Part shown: positions 25,920 to 37,320 of the stretch, in pieces
How positions within the stretch are numbered: the stretch's first letter is position 1
Layout of the letters: each line of letters begins with the position of its first letter
NCBI GenBank assembly: GCA_013239625.1
Contig: MU053561.1
Coordinates: 4,217,992 to 4,281,991, forward strand
DNA: 64,000 nt
Direction of reading: 5' to 3'
Source: Lama guanicoe
Lineage: Eukaryota
Program-made: the position numbers and the translations under genes
Notes under the pieces: generated by a model
Seen by the model: only the letters and a program-made list of their open reading frames with translations
What the model was told of the DNA's origin: nothing
Database searches by the model: none

Positions 25920-26720
25920 ATGCTGACATGCTAAAATGAACAAGCCTCTGCCCTCAAGGAACTTAGAGTGGAAAAAAGCAGGTAAATACGATTACCATGA
26001 AATAAGTGCTGAGGTAATCATTAACCCAGAGTGGACCTACTCAACATTGGGGGTGATGGTCAGGGGAGAGAGGTTTCCTGAATTTTAGGTCACTTAATTG
26101 AGTCTTGAAGAACCCATGCAAATGAGCCAAATAAAAAGTAATAGAGGTAGAGAAGAAAAGGGGATTTCTGGGGAACAACATGCAAGAAGGCCCTCAAACA
26201 GAGAAAGAGTAGAAACATTCAAAGAGGGCAGGTCAAGAACTTAGGTGATGAAGGGCCCTGTTAAAGCATACCAAGGAGACAATGTTTATACAGAGGTACT
26301 CGGGGAAATTTTAAATAAAATTAAATTAAATTGATTAAAATTAGTTTTAATCAAATTAATTTAAAAATCAAATTTAAACTTTAAAGATCATTCAGCTTTA
26401 GTATAAGCAAAGAATGGAGGGTAAAGGCCAGAATCATGGGAATTTCTAACTAATGAAATGCAAATCCTACCAAGACGTAGACAGATGCAAGAGAAACTGA
26501 GGGAAAGGGGAACCTAGGATTATGCCCAGGTTTCTTGAGCTGGAAGATAGTGGTGTACAGGAGGAAAAGCAGATTGTAGTGGATGATGCAAGTTGGAGAT
26601 GAATATAGGACATCCAAGAGGAAATATAAACAGGCACTGGATTCATGATTCTAAAGCTCAGGAATAAAATCTGGACTAGAACTATAGCTTAGGAATCCGC
26701 AACATAAAACTTGCAGTGTC
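25920..26720 (-). mobile_element. Degraded L2, antisense
   Basis: ctctgccctcaaggaacttagagtgg...gtcttgaagaa...ctaaagctcaggaataaaatctggactaga. Confidence 0.65.
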
Positions 26721-26784
26721 CAGATTTGAACAATATGAGCCACCTCTCAAGTTTAAGACCTCAGTGATAAAGTAAAGTTTAAAA

Positions 26785-28190
26785 AATTCATCAATATAGC
26801 AGGATACAAGATTAGCATACAGAAATCTGTTACATTTCTTTACACTAACAGTGAAATATTAGAAAAAGAAAGTAAACAATCCCTTTTAAAAATGCATCAA
26901 AAAATAAAATACTTAGGAATAAAACTGACCAATGTGATGAAAGGCTTATACATTAAGAACTATGAAATATTGGTAAAGGAAATGAAAGATAATTTAAAGA
27001 AATGGAAAGATATCCCATGCTCTTGGAGCTACTGTTAATAGCTAAAGTTAATATTGTTAAAATGGCTATACTACCCAAAGCAATCTACAGATTTAATATG
27101 ACCCTTATCGAATTTCTCAATCATTTTTCATAGAACTAGAACAAATAATCCTAAAACTTATGTGGAATCACAAAGGATTCACATACCTACAGTCAATTAA
27201 TCTTTGACAAACAGTATACAAACAGCTCATACAACTCAATAACAAAAACCCCAAACAATCCAATCAAAAATGGGCAGAAGAACTACACAAATATTTCTCC
27301 AATGAAGACATACAGATGGCTAATAGGTACATGAAAAGATGCTCAATACTGCTAATTATCAGAGAAATGCAAATCAAAACCACATTGAGGTATCACTTCA
27401 CACCAGTCATAATGGCCATTTTAAAAAGTCTACAAACAACAAATGCTGGAGACGGTGTGGAAAACAGGGAACCCTCCTACACTGTTGGTGGGAATGTAGT
27501 TTGGTGCAGCCACTATGGAAAACAGCATGGAGATTTCTTAGAAAAACTAAAAATAGACTTACCATATGATCTAGCAATCCCACTCCTGGGCATATATCTG
27601 GAGGGGACTCTAACTCAAAAAGATACATGCACCCCAATGTTCATAACAGCACTGTATACAATAGCCAAGATGTGGAAACAACCTAAATGTCCATCCACAG
27701 ATGACTGGATAAAGAAGCGGTGGTATATTTATACAATGGAATACTACTCAGACATAAAAAAGAATAAAATAATGCCATTTGCAGCAACATGGATGGACCT
27801 AGAGATCATCTTTCTAAGTAGAGTAAGCTAGAAAGAGAAAGAAAAATACCATATGATATCACTCATATGTGGAATCTTAAAAAAAAGACACAAATGAACT
27901 TATTTACAAAACAGAGACATAGAAAACAAATTTATGGTTACTGGAGGAAGTTGGGGGTGGGAAGGGATAAACTGGGAGCTTGAGATTTGCTGATACTAAC
28001 TACTATATATAAAATAAACAATAAATTTCTACTGTATAGTGCAGGGAACTCTATTCAATATCTTGTAGTAACCTGTAATGAAAAAGAATATGAAAATGAA
28101 TATATGTATGTATACATATGACTGAAACATTATCCTGTATAATAGAGATTGATGCAATATTGTAAACTGACTGCACTTCAATTTAAAAAA
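26785..28190 (+). mobile_element. 5'-truncated, relatively young L1: ORF2 3' part, 3' UTR and A-tail
   Basis: ORF 27316..27831 is an uninterrupted L1 ORF2 C-terminus (..[34 protein letters not shown]..); the 3' UTR ends aaactgactgcacttcaatttaaaaaaa. Confidence 0.93.
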
Positions 28191-28194
28191 AATT

Positions 28195-30093
28195 GAAGCA
28201 ACTTTAACTATGCAACACAGTGTTACTAACTACAGTCGCCAAGCTGTACATCACATCCCCATAATTTATTTTTTTTATAATTAGAAGTTTGTTCCTTTTG
28301 ACTTCCTTCACCCATTTTGCCCATCCCCACCCTCCACCTCTGGCAACCACCTGTTACCTGTATCTGTGAGGTTGTTTGTTTCTTCCCACATAAAAGTGAA
28401 ATCAAATGGTATTTGTCTTCTGACTTTTTCACTTAGCTTAATACACTCAGGGTCCATCCATATGGTTACATATATCTTTTCAAGTTGATATTTTCATTTT
28501 CTTCAGATAAATATCCAGAAGTGAAATTGCTAGATCATATAGTAGCTCTATTTTCAATTTTTTAAGGGAATTCCATAGAGTTTTCCATAGTGGCTATACC
28601 AATTGATGTTCCCACCAGTAGTGTCAAGGGTGCCCCTTTTTCCTTGCTGTTTGTTGTCTTTTTGCTAATAGCCATTCTAACAGGTGTCAGGTGATATCTC
28701 ATTCTGGCTTTTATTTGCATTTCCCTGAAGATTAGTGAAGTTGTGCATCTTTTCATGTACCTGTTGCCCATCTGTATGTATTCTTTGGAAAAATGTCTAT
28801 TCAGATCCTCTACCCATTTTTTAATCAGGTTGTTTATTTTTTTGATGTTAAGTTATGTACATCTTTGTATATTTGAGATATTAAGCCTCATGGGAGATAT
28901 CGTTTTCAAATATCTTCTCTCTTTTAATAGCCTTTTTGTCTTATTGACAGTCTCCTTCACTGTGCAGGTTTTTAGTTTGATGTAGTCCTATTTTACTATT
29001 TTTGCTTTTGTTTCCCTTGTCTGAGGAGATAGATCCAAAAAATATTGCTAACATCAATGTCAAAGAGCATACTGCCTATGTTTTCTTCTAGGCATCTTAT
29101 GGTTTCAGGTTTTACATTTAAGTCTTGAATCCATTTTGAGTTGATTTTTGTATATAATATGAGAAAGTAGTCCAGTTTCATTCTTTTGCATATAGATGTC
29201 CAGTTTTCTCAACACCATTTATTGAAGAGACAGTCCTTTGCCCCATTGTAGTCTTGGCTCCCTTGTTTTATATTAATTGACCATATATGTGTGGGTTTAT
29301 TTCTGGACTCTCTACTCTGTTCCACTGATTTGGTGTCTCTTTTTATGCCAATACCATACTCTCTTATTACTATCGCTTTGTATTATAGTTTGAAATCAAG
29401 GAGCAAGATGTTCCAGCTTTCTTCTTCCTCAAGATTGCTTTGGCTATTTGAAGTCTCTTGTGGTGCCATACAAATTTTAGAATTGTTTGTTCTAGTTCTG
29501 TGAAAAATGTCATTGGAATTTTGATAAAGATTGCATTGAATCTGTAGATCACTTTGAGTAGTATGGGCATTTTAACAATATTAACTCTTCCAATCCATGA
29601 GCACAGAATATCTTTTCATTTATGCCTTCGATTTCTTTCATCACTGTCTTATACAAAGTTTTCAGCATACAGGTTTTTCACCCCTTGGTATTTTATTCTG
29701 TTTGATGCAATTGTAAATAGGATTGCTTACTTAATTTCTCTGTTAGCTTATTATTAGTGTATAGAAATGCAATTGACTTCTGTATATGATTTTGTATCCT
29801 GCAGTTTTACTGAATTAATTTATTAATTCTCACAGTTTTTTGTTGGAGTCTTTAAGGTTTTCTAGTAGCATGCCATGTGCAGACAATGACCACTTCCCTT
29901 CTTAATTTGGATGTCTTTTATGTTTTTCTTGCCTAATTGCTCTGATTGGGATTTCCAATACTATGTTGAATAATGGTGGTAAGAGTGGATATCCTTGTCT
30001 TGTTCCTGATCTTGGAGAAAAAGCTTTCATCAATATGATGTTAGCTGTGGGCTTGCATATGTAGCCTTTACTGTGTTGAGGTACCTTCCCTCT
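28195..30093 (-). mobile_element. Older L1 (ORF2 3' half and 3' UTR), antisense
   Basis: Minus-strand ORFs 28562..28771, 28996..29181 and 29370..29570 are L1 ORF2 fragments ([20 protein letters not shown]). Confidence 0.92.
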
Positions 30094-32231
30094 AAGAGAG
30101 AACTTTTACTACTTGAATTTCCTATTACCAGGAAGCATCACACTATTACTTGCCAATATATCATCTTGGTACATTCACATACTCCTGAAGAATTTGGCCA
30201 TTAGAAAAGCAGAGATTGCTGCTGCACCCATCCCAAATCACTTCGTAATGAAAGAACTCTTTATATTTCAGTCAAATGAGAAACAAGAGGGACTCTTTTA
30301 AAAGAACTAAAGCTCAAACTTCCTCTGCCAAAAACTGACTCCTTTAAACTTCAGATTGAATGTAAAGACCATTTCAGAAGATATTCCAAAATAGTCACCT
30401 TTCTCTTCTTATACAAGCAGTAATTTTTCACTTTCCCATTTTTAAGTTCTCTATTTATTCTACTTTTAAACCCAAAGAATACTAATACCTTCCAAAACAG
30501 CATTTCCATATATCCAAGTTTCTGGATCCATTCAAGGTAAATTGTTGGTCATGCCAATTCCTCGCCTCTCTTCAAAGGATTCTTTGTCTTGGACAACTCC
30601 ACTTTTAAAAGTGGTTTAATATAATTTACATATGCATCTAATCCAATGGATTACTTTCAGTGGAAGGAAACAAGTTGTCTCTGATGCACCCACTCTAGGA
30701 TTCTATAGCCCATGATGGTACAGGCTCACCACACCCAGGTCTAGGCCTAGCCTCTTCCCTGAAGGTTGAGGAAGCCCACTTAACTAAAGTCTTTTGAGCT
30801 GGACAGAAGGGGACTCCCTGAACCTCACATCCTTTCCACAGTTCAATTCCTTGGAAATCATTTTTCAGATTCCATGAAAGTCATATGTGATTAGTGCCGG
30901 TTAGGTTTGAATATTAGATTTTTACTCATTATTCAAAGATCTATATTTGATATGCAGTTTTCAGAGGGGATATCATAATACTGCAGATTTAAGTGCCCAT
31001 GGTATCAAGTGATACGAGAACCCAAAGCCCCAGACTAATGTTTAAAGACCATGCTAATATTAACTTCAGATATTAAGGTAAGAATAATGGGGATTCCTGA
31101 CATTGCATTTAAATGTACAACTATTCCCTTCCCACTGGCAGAGTATGAGTTTGGTACTAATCTGTCTGCACCACCTTAGCATCCCCCTGGGCACTGACAG
31201 CCTGCAGGCATTTATAAGATGCCAAGATGAATACAACCACTGACTATAGGATATAGCAAAATGAACTGGTCCTGCTGACAATTGATTTTCACCCTGATGG
31301 GAGCAATTTGAATGGATAGAAATGGACAAATATAGGATGAATTATCTTTTTGACGTCAAGTCTGCAGGGCACTGGGTCTGTCTCGCTTCATACAGCTGTT
31401 GAAACCAAACTCTCATGAAAGAGTACCTAAGGAAGGAAAAGAAAAATAAACAACCACTTACTAAGCATATTTACTGGAAAATAGTGTTTCAATATTGAAA
31501 GTTTAGGTTAGAATTTAGGATGATTACACTCTATTAAATCCCTTAGCACTCTACCCTTATTCCTAAAATCTTTCATAATCATAGTAGTTTTCCATGACAT
31601 CAAAAGCCAAAACAGCACAAGTTGCAGAAAAGTGTCTCATATTACCTGAAAGACTACAAAGGATTTAGAGTTCTACGTGTAAAATGATCGTGGCCTCTTT
31701 TCTAGGCTTTTGGAGTATAACTTTCATAAGTCAGTTGGCCCACCAGAGTAATTAAAGAGATTAGAATATACTGTTTACTGAGTTTTGGTTAAGTTTTATC
31801 TTGTGCATTTGAATGACAGGATAAAGTAGTATATTGCAGTTTTCACATATTCCTTACTCTCCACCTCCACTCCAGCCCTGTGTCAGCCTATGGAAGTAGG
31901 TGTCTCCAGTACCCTGATGTTATATGTTTCTTCAGCTGCTGATCACATTACTCTGTAGCCTTCCCTTATTCATTTTCTAGGTCAAGACAAAACTCGTGGC
32001 CCTCTGTTAAAAGCACCTGCTTAAGGCTGGCTTTCATTAGTATTTCACATCCCTGTTCTCCATTTTACCTGCACTCTGCCCTTTCATGTGGAAACCATCC
32101 TTCATATGAGCTGGAATGGCTCTTTTACTCACCTTTTCTTCTAAAGCCCTTAAGCTCTCTAATACATGAATGGGTGTGGGTATGGATGAACTAGTACTCA
32201 AATGTACACAAGGTGTGAAATATATTGATAT

Positions 32232-32246
32232 TTTATTAGTTTTATT
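32232..32246 (-). terminator. TSHB: TSHB tandem polyadenylation signals
   Basis: AATAAA at 32246-32241 and 32237-32232, ~50-60 nt after the stop. Confidence 0.85.
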
Positions 32247-32293
32247 CCAGGTAAACATATTGAACCAAATTGCAAATTACATCACTATTGAAG

Positions 32294-32548
32294 TTAGATA
32301 GACAATCCCACCACATGGGGTTTCTGAGGTTTGGTGCAGTAGTTCATCTTGACGGCCTCCTGTATACAGTCACTGTAGTCTGTATCACACTTGCCACACT
32401 TACAGCTCACAGCTACAGGGTAGGAGAAATAAGGAGTAACATGGTGTGGGCATCCTGGTATTTCTACAGTCTTGTACATGAAGTCTCTATAAGTACAAAC
32501 ATCCTGGGACAGAGCAAATTTGGGAAGAAACAGCTTGCCATTGAAATC
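32294..32548 (-). CDS. TSHB: Thyrotropin beta subunit exon 3, coding part ([18 protein letters not shown]...[12 protein letters not shown])
   Basis: Acceptor ctcctcag|GAT on the - strand, 84 codons plus TAA; cystine-knot and seatbelt cysteines present. Confidence 0.98.
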   Translation of the reverse strand, partial: DFNGKLFLPKFALSQDVCTYRDFMYKTVEIPGCPHHVTPYFSYPVAVSCKCGKCDTDYSDCIQEAVKMNYCTKPQKPHVVGLSI

Positions 32549-32977
32549 CTGAGGAGAGAAGGAAAAAAGGAGCATAATGTGATAAGGCTTTAGGAACATA
32601 CAGATAATGGGAACAGATAAAAATTAATTCACTTATATTCCTTTGTCACAAATAGGACTAGAGGAGGATTCCTTAGCTCTGTTCCTGAATAACAACCCAA
32701 CATACCTACATTAAATCCCATAGAGAAAAAAGTGACACTCCCTCTGTTTTATCCTATATCATGAGAATAAGATAAAGTTTAAATAAATTCTGGAAGTAAA
32801 ACTGTTATAAAATTATCTGTATCAATACTGTTGAGTAGATAATGTGATCTGTGCACTCTACCTCTAGGGAGCCAATAACCATTAGATTTTAGAAATAAGC
32901 TTGTGGTTTATCTCATTTTCTTTCTGAGTCTAGCGTTTTCTAATTTATAGCTAAAAGAAGTGAGGTGAACTACATAC

Positions 32978-33139
32978 CCGTGTCATACAATATCCAGCAC
33001 AGATGGTGGTGTTGATAGTTAGGCAGTAAGCACACTCTTTCCTTTCGACATGCATCATATACTCAGTTGGAATACAAAAAGACATTGCTTGCCCACATGC
33101 AAGGCCAAAAAGCACGGACATCAGGAAGATAGCAGTCAT
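32978..33139 (-). CDS. TSHB: Thyrotropin beta subunit exon 2, coding part (signal peptide plus FCIPTEY...CAGYCMTR)
   Basis: Acceptor gatttag|C-ATG (exon starts at 33140), donor CGG|gtatgt. NTT sequon and CAGYC motif. Joined with exon 3 it gives a 138 aa precursor with 12 mature-chain Cys. Confidence 0.98.
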
Positions 33140-34799
33140 GCTAAATCAAAGATAAAATTAAAGTATCTATTACATGTATCCTTTAGGACATTCAGAAGGG
33201 GCATTTGGAAAGAGCTACAATGTGTGTATGTGTATATACATGTATTTATTGAATGCCTACTTTGTCCTAGGCCCTATATTAGATGTTTTTACATAGTAAA
33301 TATTCTCAATAACCTTTCTTTATACACTTAGATGTGGCTGTGATTCATATACTCCATAGTGTCAGAGCTCACATAGTGAAGGTCCTGCTTGCAAGTGCCA
33401 TTTAGCTCCACTGGGCAATGAAATGGCAAGCTTGAAACACCACAGAAAAATGGCAGAGACACATATGTTAATTAAGTAGAAAATAATTCATTCAATGGAA
33501 ACAACTGAAATACCTGCCTTTATCACTATTAAAAAGTAAGTTAAAAGACTTCAGTAAAGGTTTTCTCAGAAATGTGGTTTTCTAAAAATTTTGGTTAAAT
33601 AGCTTAAAAAGTTAACGAACTGGTCATAATCAGAAAGGGCAAAGAAACCAAGAAAATGCATAATCAAACTTCAGGACTGGCTCAATGTAAAAAATCTTGT
33701 ATATGTGCTATATATTGCCTGTCAAGAAAGGCAAGATGAGGCTAGAGAAAATCCAAAATGGTCAACTAAAATTACCACTAATGTTAAGCAGCTAACCCAG
33801 AAATCTAAACCCCCACCCTCCTCAACGCTTAGGATATTCCTTTAAGACTGAAAGAAATAGAGTTGGGAAAATAAAGTTATTTTACTCAGAAATTATATGA
33901 AATTCATTATCTTAAGAAGATTATGGAGGCAAAAATATAGGTTGACAGAATGAGAGTGATATAATCAGGGATGACAGGTCCATCGTAGGCTAGCCAGGAA
34001 AGTAAAATAAGTTTCAGCTGCATGGGAGACAAAAGGATCCACTATGCCTCAGGAAGGAGAACATGTATCTCAACAAATCCTGCCTGAGGAAGAGTGTGTC
34101 CAACGTCAACTGGACATTGTCATGAGATAGGTAATGTTATGACTTATTTAATTTCGCTAATGAGAGAGAGTAATCAAGTTCCAGACTTTTGGTTGTAAGT
34201 TGATCACTTCAAAGATTAAGAAGATTTTTTTTCATCTTAGAAATATGGTACAGTTAGCTAGGTATATTTGGATTTTTTTCCTTTTCAAGTATCATTGTCA
34301 GAAAAGAAAATAGACATCTTAATGGAGTAGCATTATCTTTGAACACAAACATGTTTTATTATTCTATTATAAATTATAATTTATTAAACATTGTTATTCA
34401 AGCATCAAAAATATATCAAGATTTTCTCAAATCTATCAATTATATCCCAATAGCATCTTAAGCTGCATACATTAAAACTTCCATTAACTGAAATCTCAAA
34501 GACTCAGTATCAGTTAACAAAAATTTTTATCTTTAATCAACTTGTAAGAAAAAATGAAACCACATTCAACAAGCTACCATGTATTTATTTTAAACGTCAA
34601 CTTCCAGAGATTAGTGGTCATTCCAACCAGTCTCCTATGAGTAGAATGAGAGTTGCAGATAAATTAGATAAACATATACTGAGCATTTGAACCAGGCACT
34701 GAGAGATACAAAATGGATAAGCTATGGTATTTGACCTCAAGGGCTGACAGTCTACTGAAGGAGATAACTATGTAACTATGAACACTAAAAATAAAAATA

Positions 34800-35015
34800 C
34801 ATATTGTTTGACTCATAACACCAAGTACTGGTGATGATGCTGAGCAACTAGAACCCTCATATGCTGCTGGTGGGATTGTAAAATGGTACAAATATTTTGA
34901 AAACCAGTTTGATAGTTTCTTATAAACTTAAACATGTACTTAACTGATGACCCAGCAATTCCACTCAAATATTCACTCAAGATAAATAAAAAGATGTATT
35001 TACAAAAAAGTACAT
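34800..35015 (+). mobile_element. Old L1 fragment in TSHB intron 1
   Basis: gctggtgggattgtaaaatggtaca...atgacccagcaattccactc. Confidence 0.8.
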
Positions 35016-37158
35016 ATTGTTTTAAGTGCTTTCAAAGGGTCAAAATTGTGACTCTGAGACCAAAAATAGTCAATGGTTTCTTCTATATAGACAAGGAAGT
35101 GAACTGATCCATTAAGAAGGGTTTTCTGGTGAACTCTTTCAAATAAAATGTTGCCTATCCAAGCATTCTTGGAGGTTTTTTGGTATTTCAACTAGGGAGC
35201 AAAAATACAAGCACTGCTTGATCATGGAGTCTGGTTTTCTCACTGTCACACAAATGTAAGCTCCCTCAGTGGTATAGAGTTGGTTCCATTACTTTAGAGC
35301 CATAGACTTAGAGGATCCTCTGTAGGATTTTAAAAAAAAACTGAGTAAATGATGTAAAATACTCACCCGTCATGATCATATGGTTCTTGCCTGTCTAGTC
35401 AGCCAGCTGCTGGATTTTTCACCATAGGAAATAATTAACTTCACATATTTTAACTTTTAGCTCTATGATCTATATAAAATAGGTAGATAGGTAACCTACT
35501 AATGAGAATATGGGTCCTGGAGTTAAGGAACAGAATTCTATTTCAAAATCTCCCACAAATCTATGAGAAATCAACCAAGATATTAAATCTATCTGGGCCT
35601 TATTTCCCCATCTGCAAAACAGAAAGAAACAAATACACCTGACCCTTTTAAAGCTGTACAATAAAAAAGTTTTGAAAGTTTTACCTATTATTAGCATATT
35701 CATTATGGACACTGTATATTTTTCTCAAGTTCCTCTTATAAATGTAAAACTCTAACAAAAAGAAAAATTACAACTGCTGTATTATCAGCAACAATAGCTG
35801 ATAACTTTGTAAAGAAAGTAAGAATTATTCTTTCTCCTTTATTGCAAATAGTAAAACTTCAGCCACAAAAATCTTTCTGGGCCTCAATTTCTTCAGCTGT
35901 AAAAGGAAGGCTTAGAACCAGAAGATGATTAGGAAGACATTTTCAGTACAAATAGACTACAGTCCTTTGTGATAAATTAGTGTCAGATCCCTGGTCTAAG
36001 AGTTAATGATCTAGAATTCTGCTTCTAGATTTTACTGCAATTGTTTGTAACTGAGAAATTTAGTATCTTTGTGCCTCCACTTTTCCATATAGTCCTTCCT
36101 AAAATCATGATAAGAATAAAACAATACATGTGAAGCACTTGGAATGCCACAGAGGACTATGTAACTATATAATACTGTATATACAAATCATTGTTAGTTA
36201 ATACTTCCCGATATGATCTGCCACAATTTCTCTTTTATTGTCACCTGAATTCTTACCCTCTGCAACTTAATTGCCTCTGTTAAAAATCATCATAAATGAT
36301 TTACTGAGCACCTAAACACAGAAGTATAATTTCTGGCCTTAAATGAGAAGTAAATTTTTCAGTGCCATGACCACCTATGTCTACACTTCCAACATTTTTC
36401 TTTATTCCAAAATGTCCTCTTTCCTTTGCCCATTACCCAACCTTTTCTCTCATTTTTTTTGTTCTCACTATCTTCACTCTTTTTTTTACCTCCATTCTTA
36501 AACACATTTCTCTCTGCTCAACTAATTTTCTTCACCAATCTTTTCTCTCCAAATCCCTTACTGTATTATGAAAAGAATCAATTGTATACCCTGTGAACAA
36601 TCCAGAAACCTCACTAAAGCAATGTATTTTTCTAGAGAGCAAAAAGTACTATAAGGTAGGTGGTGTATGCATTGGACACTATCCAAGGGGGTTTAGCTAT
36701 AACTAAAATGATGCAGAGTAAATTACCTCTGCAGGTGCCCCAAACAGAATTTACTCTAAGTTTTCTTGAAATAGGAGAAAGGAAAATATTATCATCAAAG
36801 ATAATCATTGGTAATTGACAGGATTTAATACACAGATTATTCAACTGATTAAAATATTTGAATCAAATGTAAATAAAGGGAAGGCCATGAACATCAAACA
36901 GCCTTCATTAGGGAATGGACCAATTTTTCCTCTTCCTTGAAGTCAATAAAATATTTTCTTATCCTTATGTATATAGTTCACTCATCTTAACCCACCATTG
37001 AACAATTTAGGGCAGTAATTAGAATTTCTAGAGCCTATCAGAGCAAATTATCACTGAGCATCTAACCATTTTTAAATAAATGCTAAAATGATGAAAATGA
37101 TAGAAATTCAGAATAGCAACATTTCATTTCACAAAGCCTTCTCAGTGTAGACACCTAC

Positions 37159-37195
37159 CTTACTTTGCATTGGTGAGCTGATGCTGTAACAACCC
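37159..37195 (-). other. TSHB: TSHB non-coding exon 1 (approximate TSS)
   Basis: Minus strand GGGTTGTTACAGCATCAGCTCACCAATGCAAAGTAAG|gtaggt resembles the remembered human exon 1. It starts ~28 nt downstream of TATAAAA and lies ~4 kb from exon 2. Confidence 0.85.
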
Positions 37196-37320
37196 AGACT
37201 AAAATCTCTTGGTTCATTTTATACCCTTCAGGATAATTCCTCTCTGATCTTCTTGTTTATATAATCACGTTTGAATTACTGGCTTCTTATCTAAGAAACA
37301 TCTATTGAAAATTCATACAG
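37196..37320 (-). promoter_or_regulatory. TSHB: TSHB proximal promoter: two TATA boxes and a Pit-1(POU1F1)/GATA2 composite element
   Basis: TATAAAA at 37223-37217 and TATATAAA at 37263-37256. GTATGAATTTTCAATAGATGTTTCTTAGATAAG at ~37318-37286 matches the known Pit-1 plus GATA architecture. Confidence 0.88.

Noticed and set aside
27316..27831. 171-aa ORF as a novel or domesticated gene
   Set aside because: It is the C-terminus of L1 ORF2 in a truncated young copy; intactness reflects age, not evidence of function.
32270..32593. 107-aa antisense ORF over TSHB exon 3
   Set aside because: Shadow ORF of a real coding exon, with a non-ATG start and no independent support.
32951..33139. 62-aa ORF as a standalone TSHB product
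   Set aside because: It is exon 2 read through a canonical GT donor into the intron; the spliced 138-aa model explains it.
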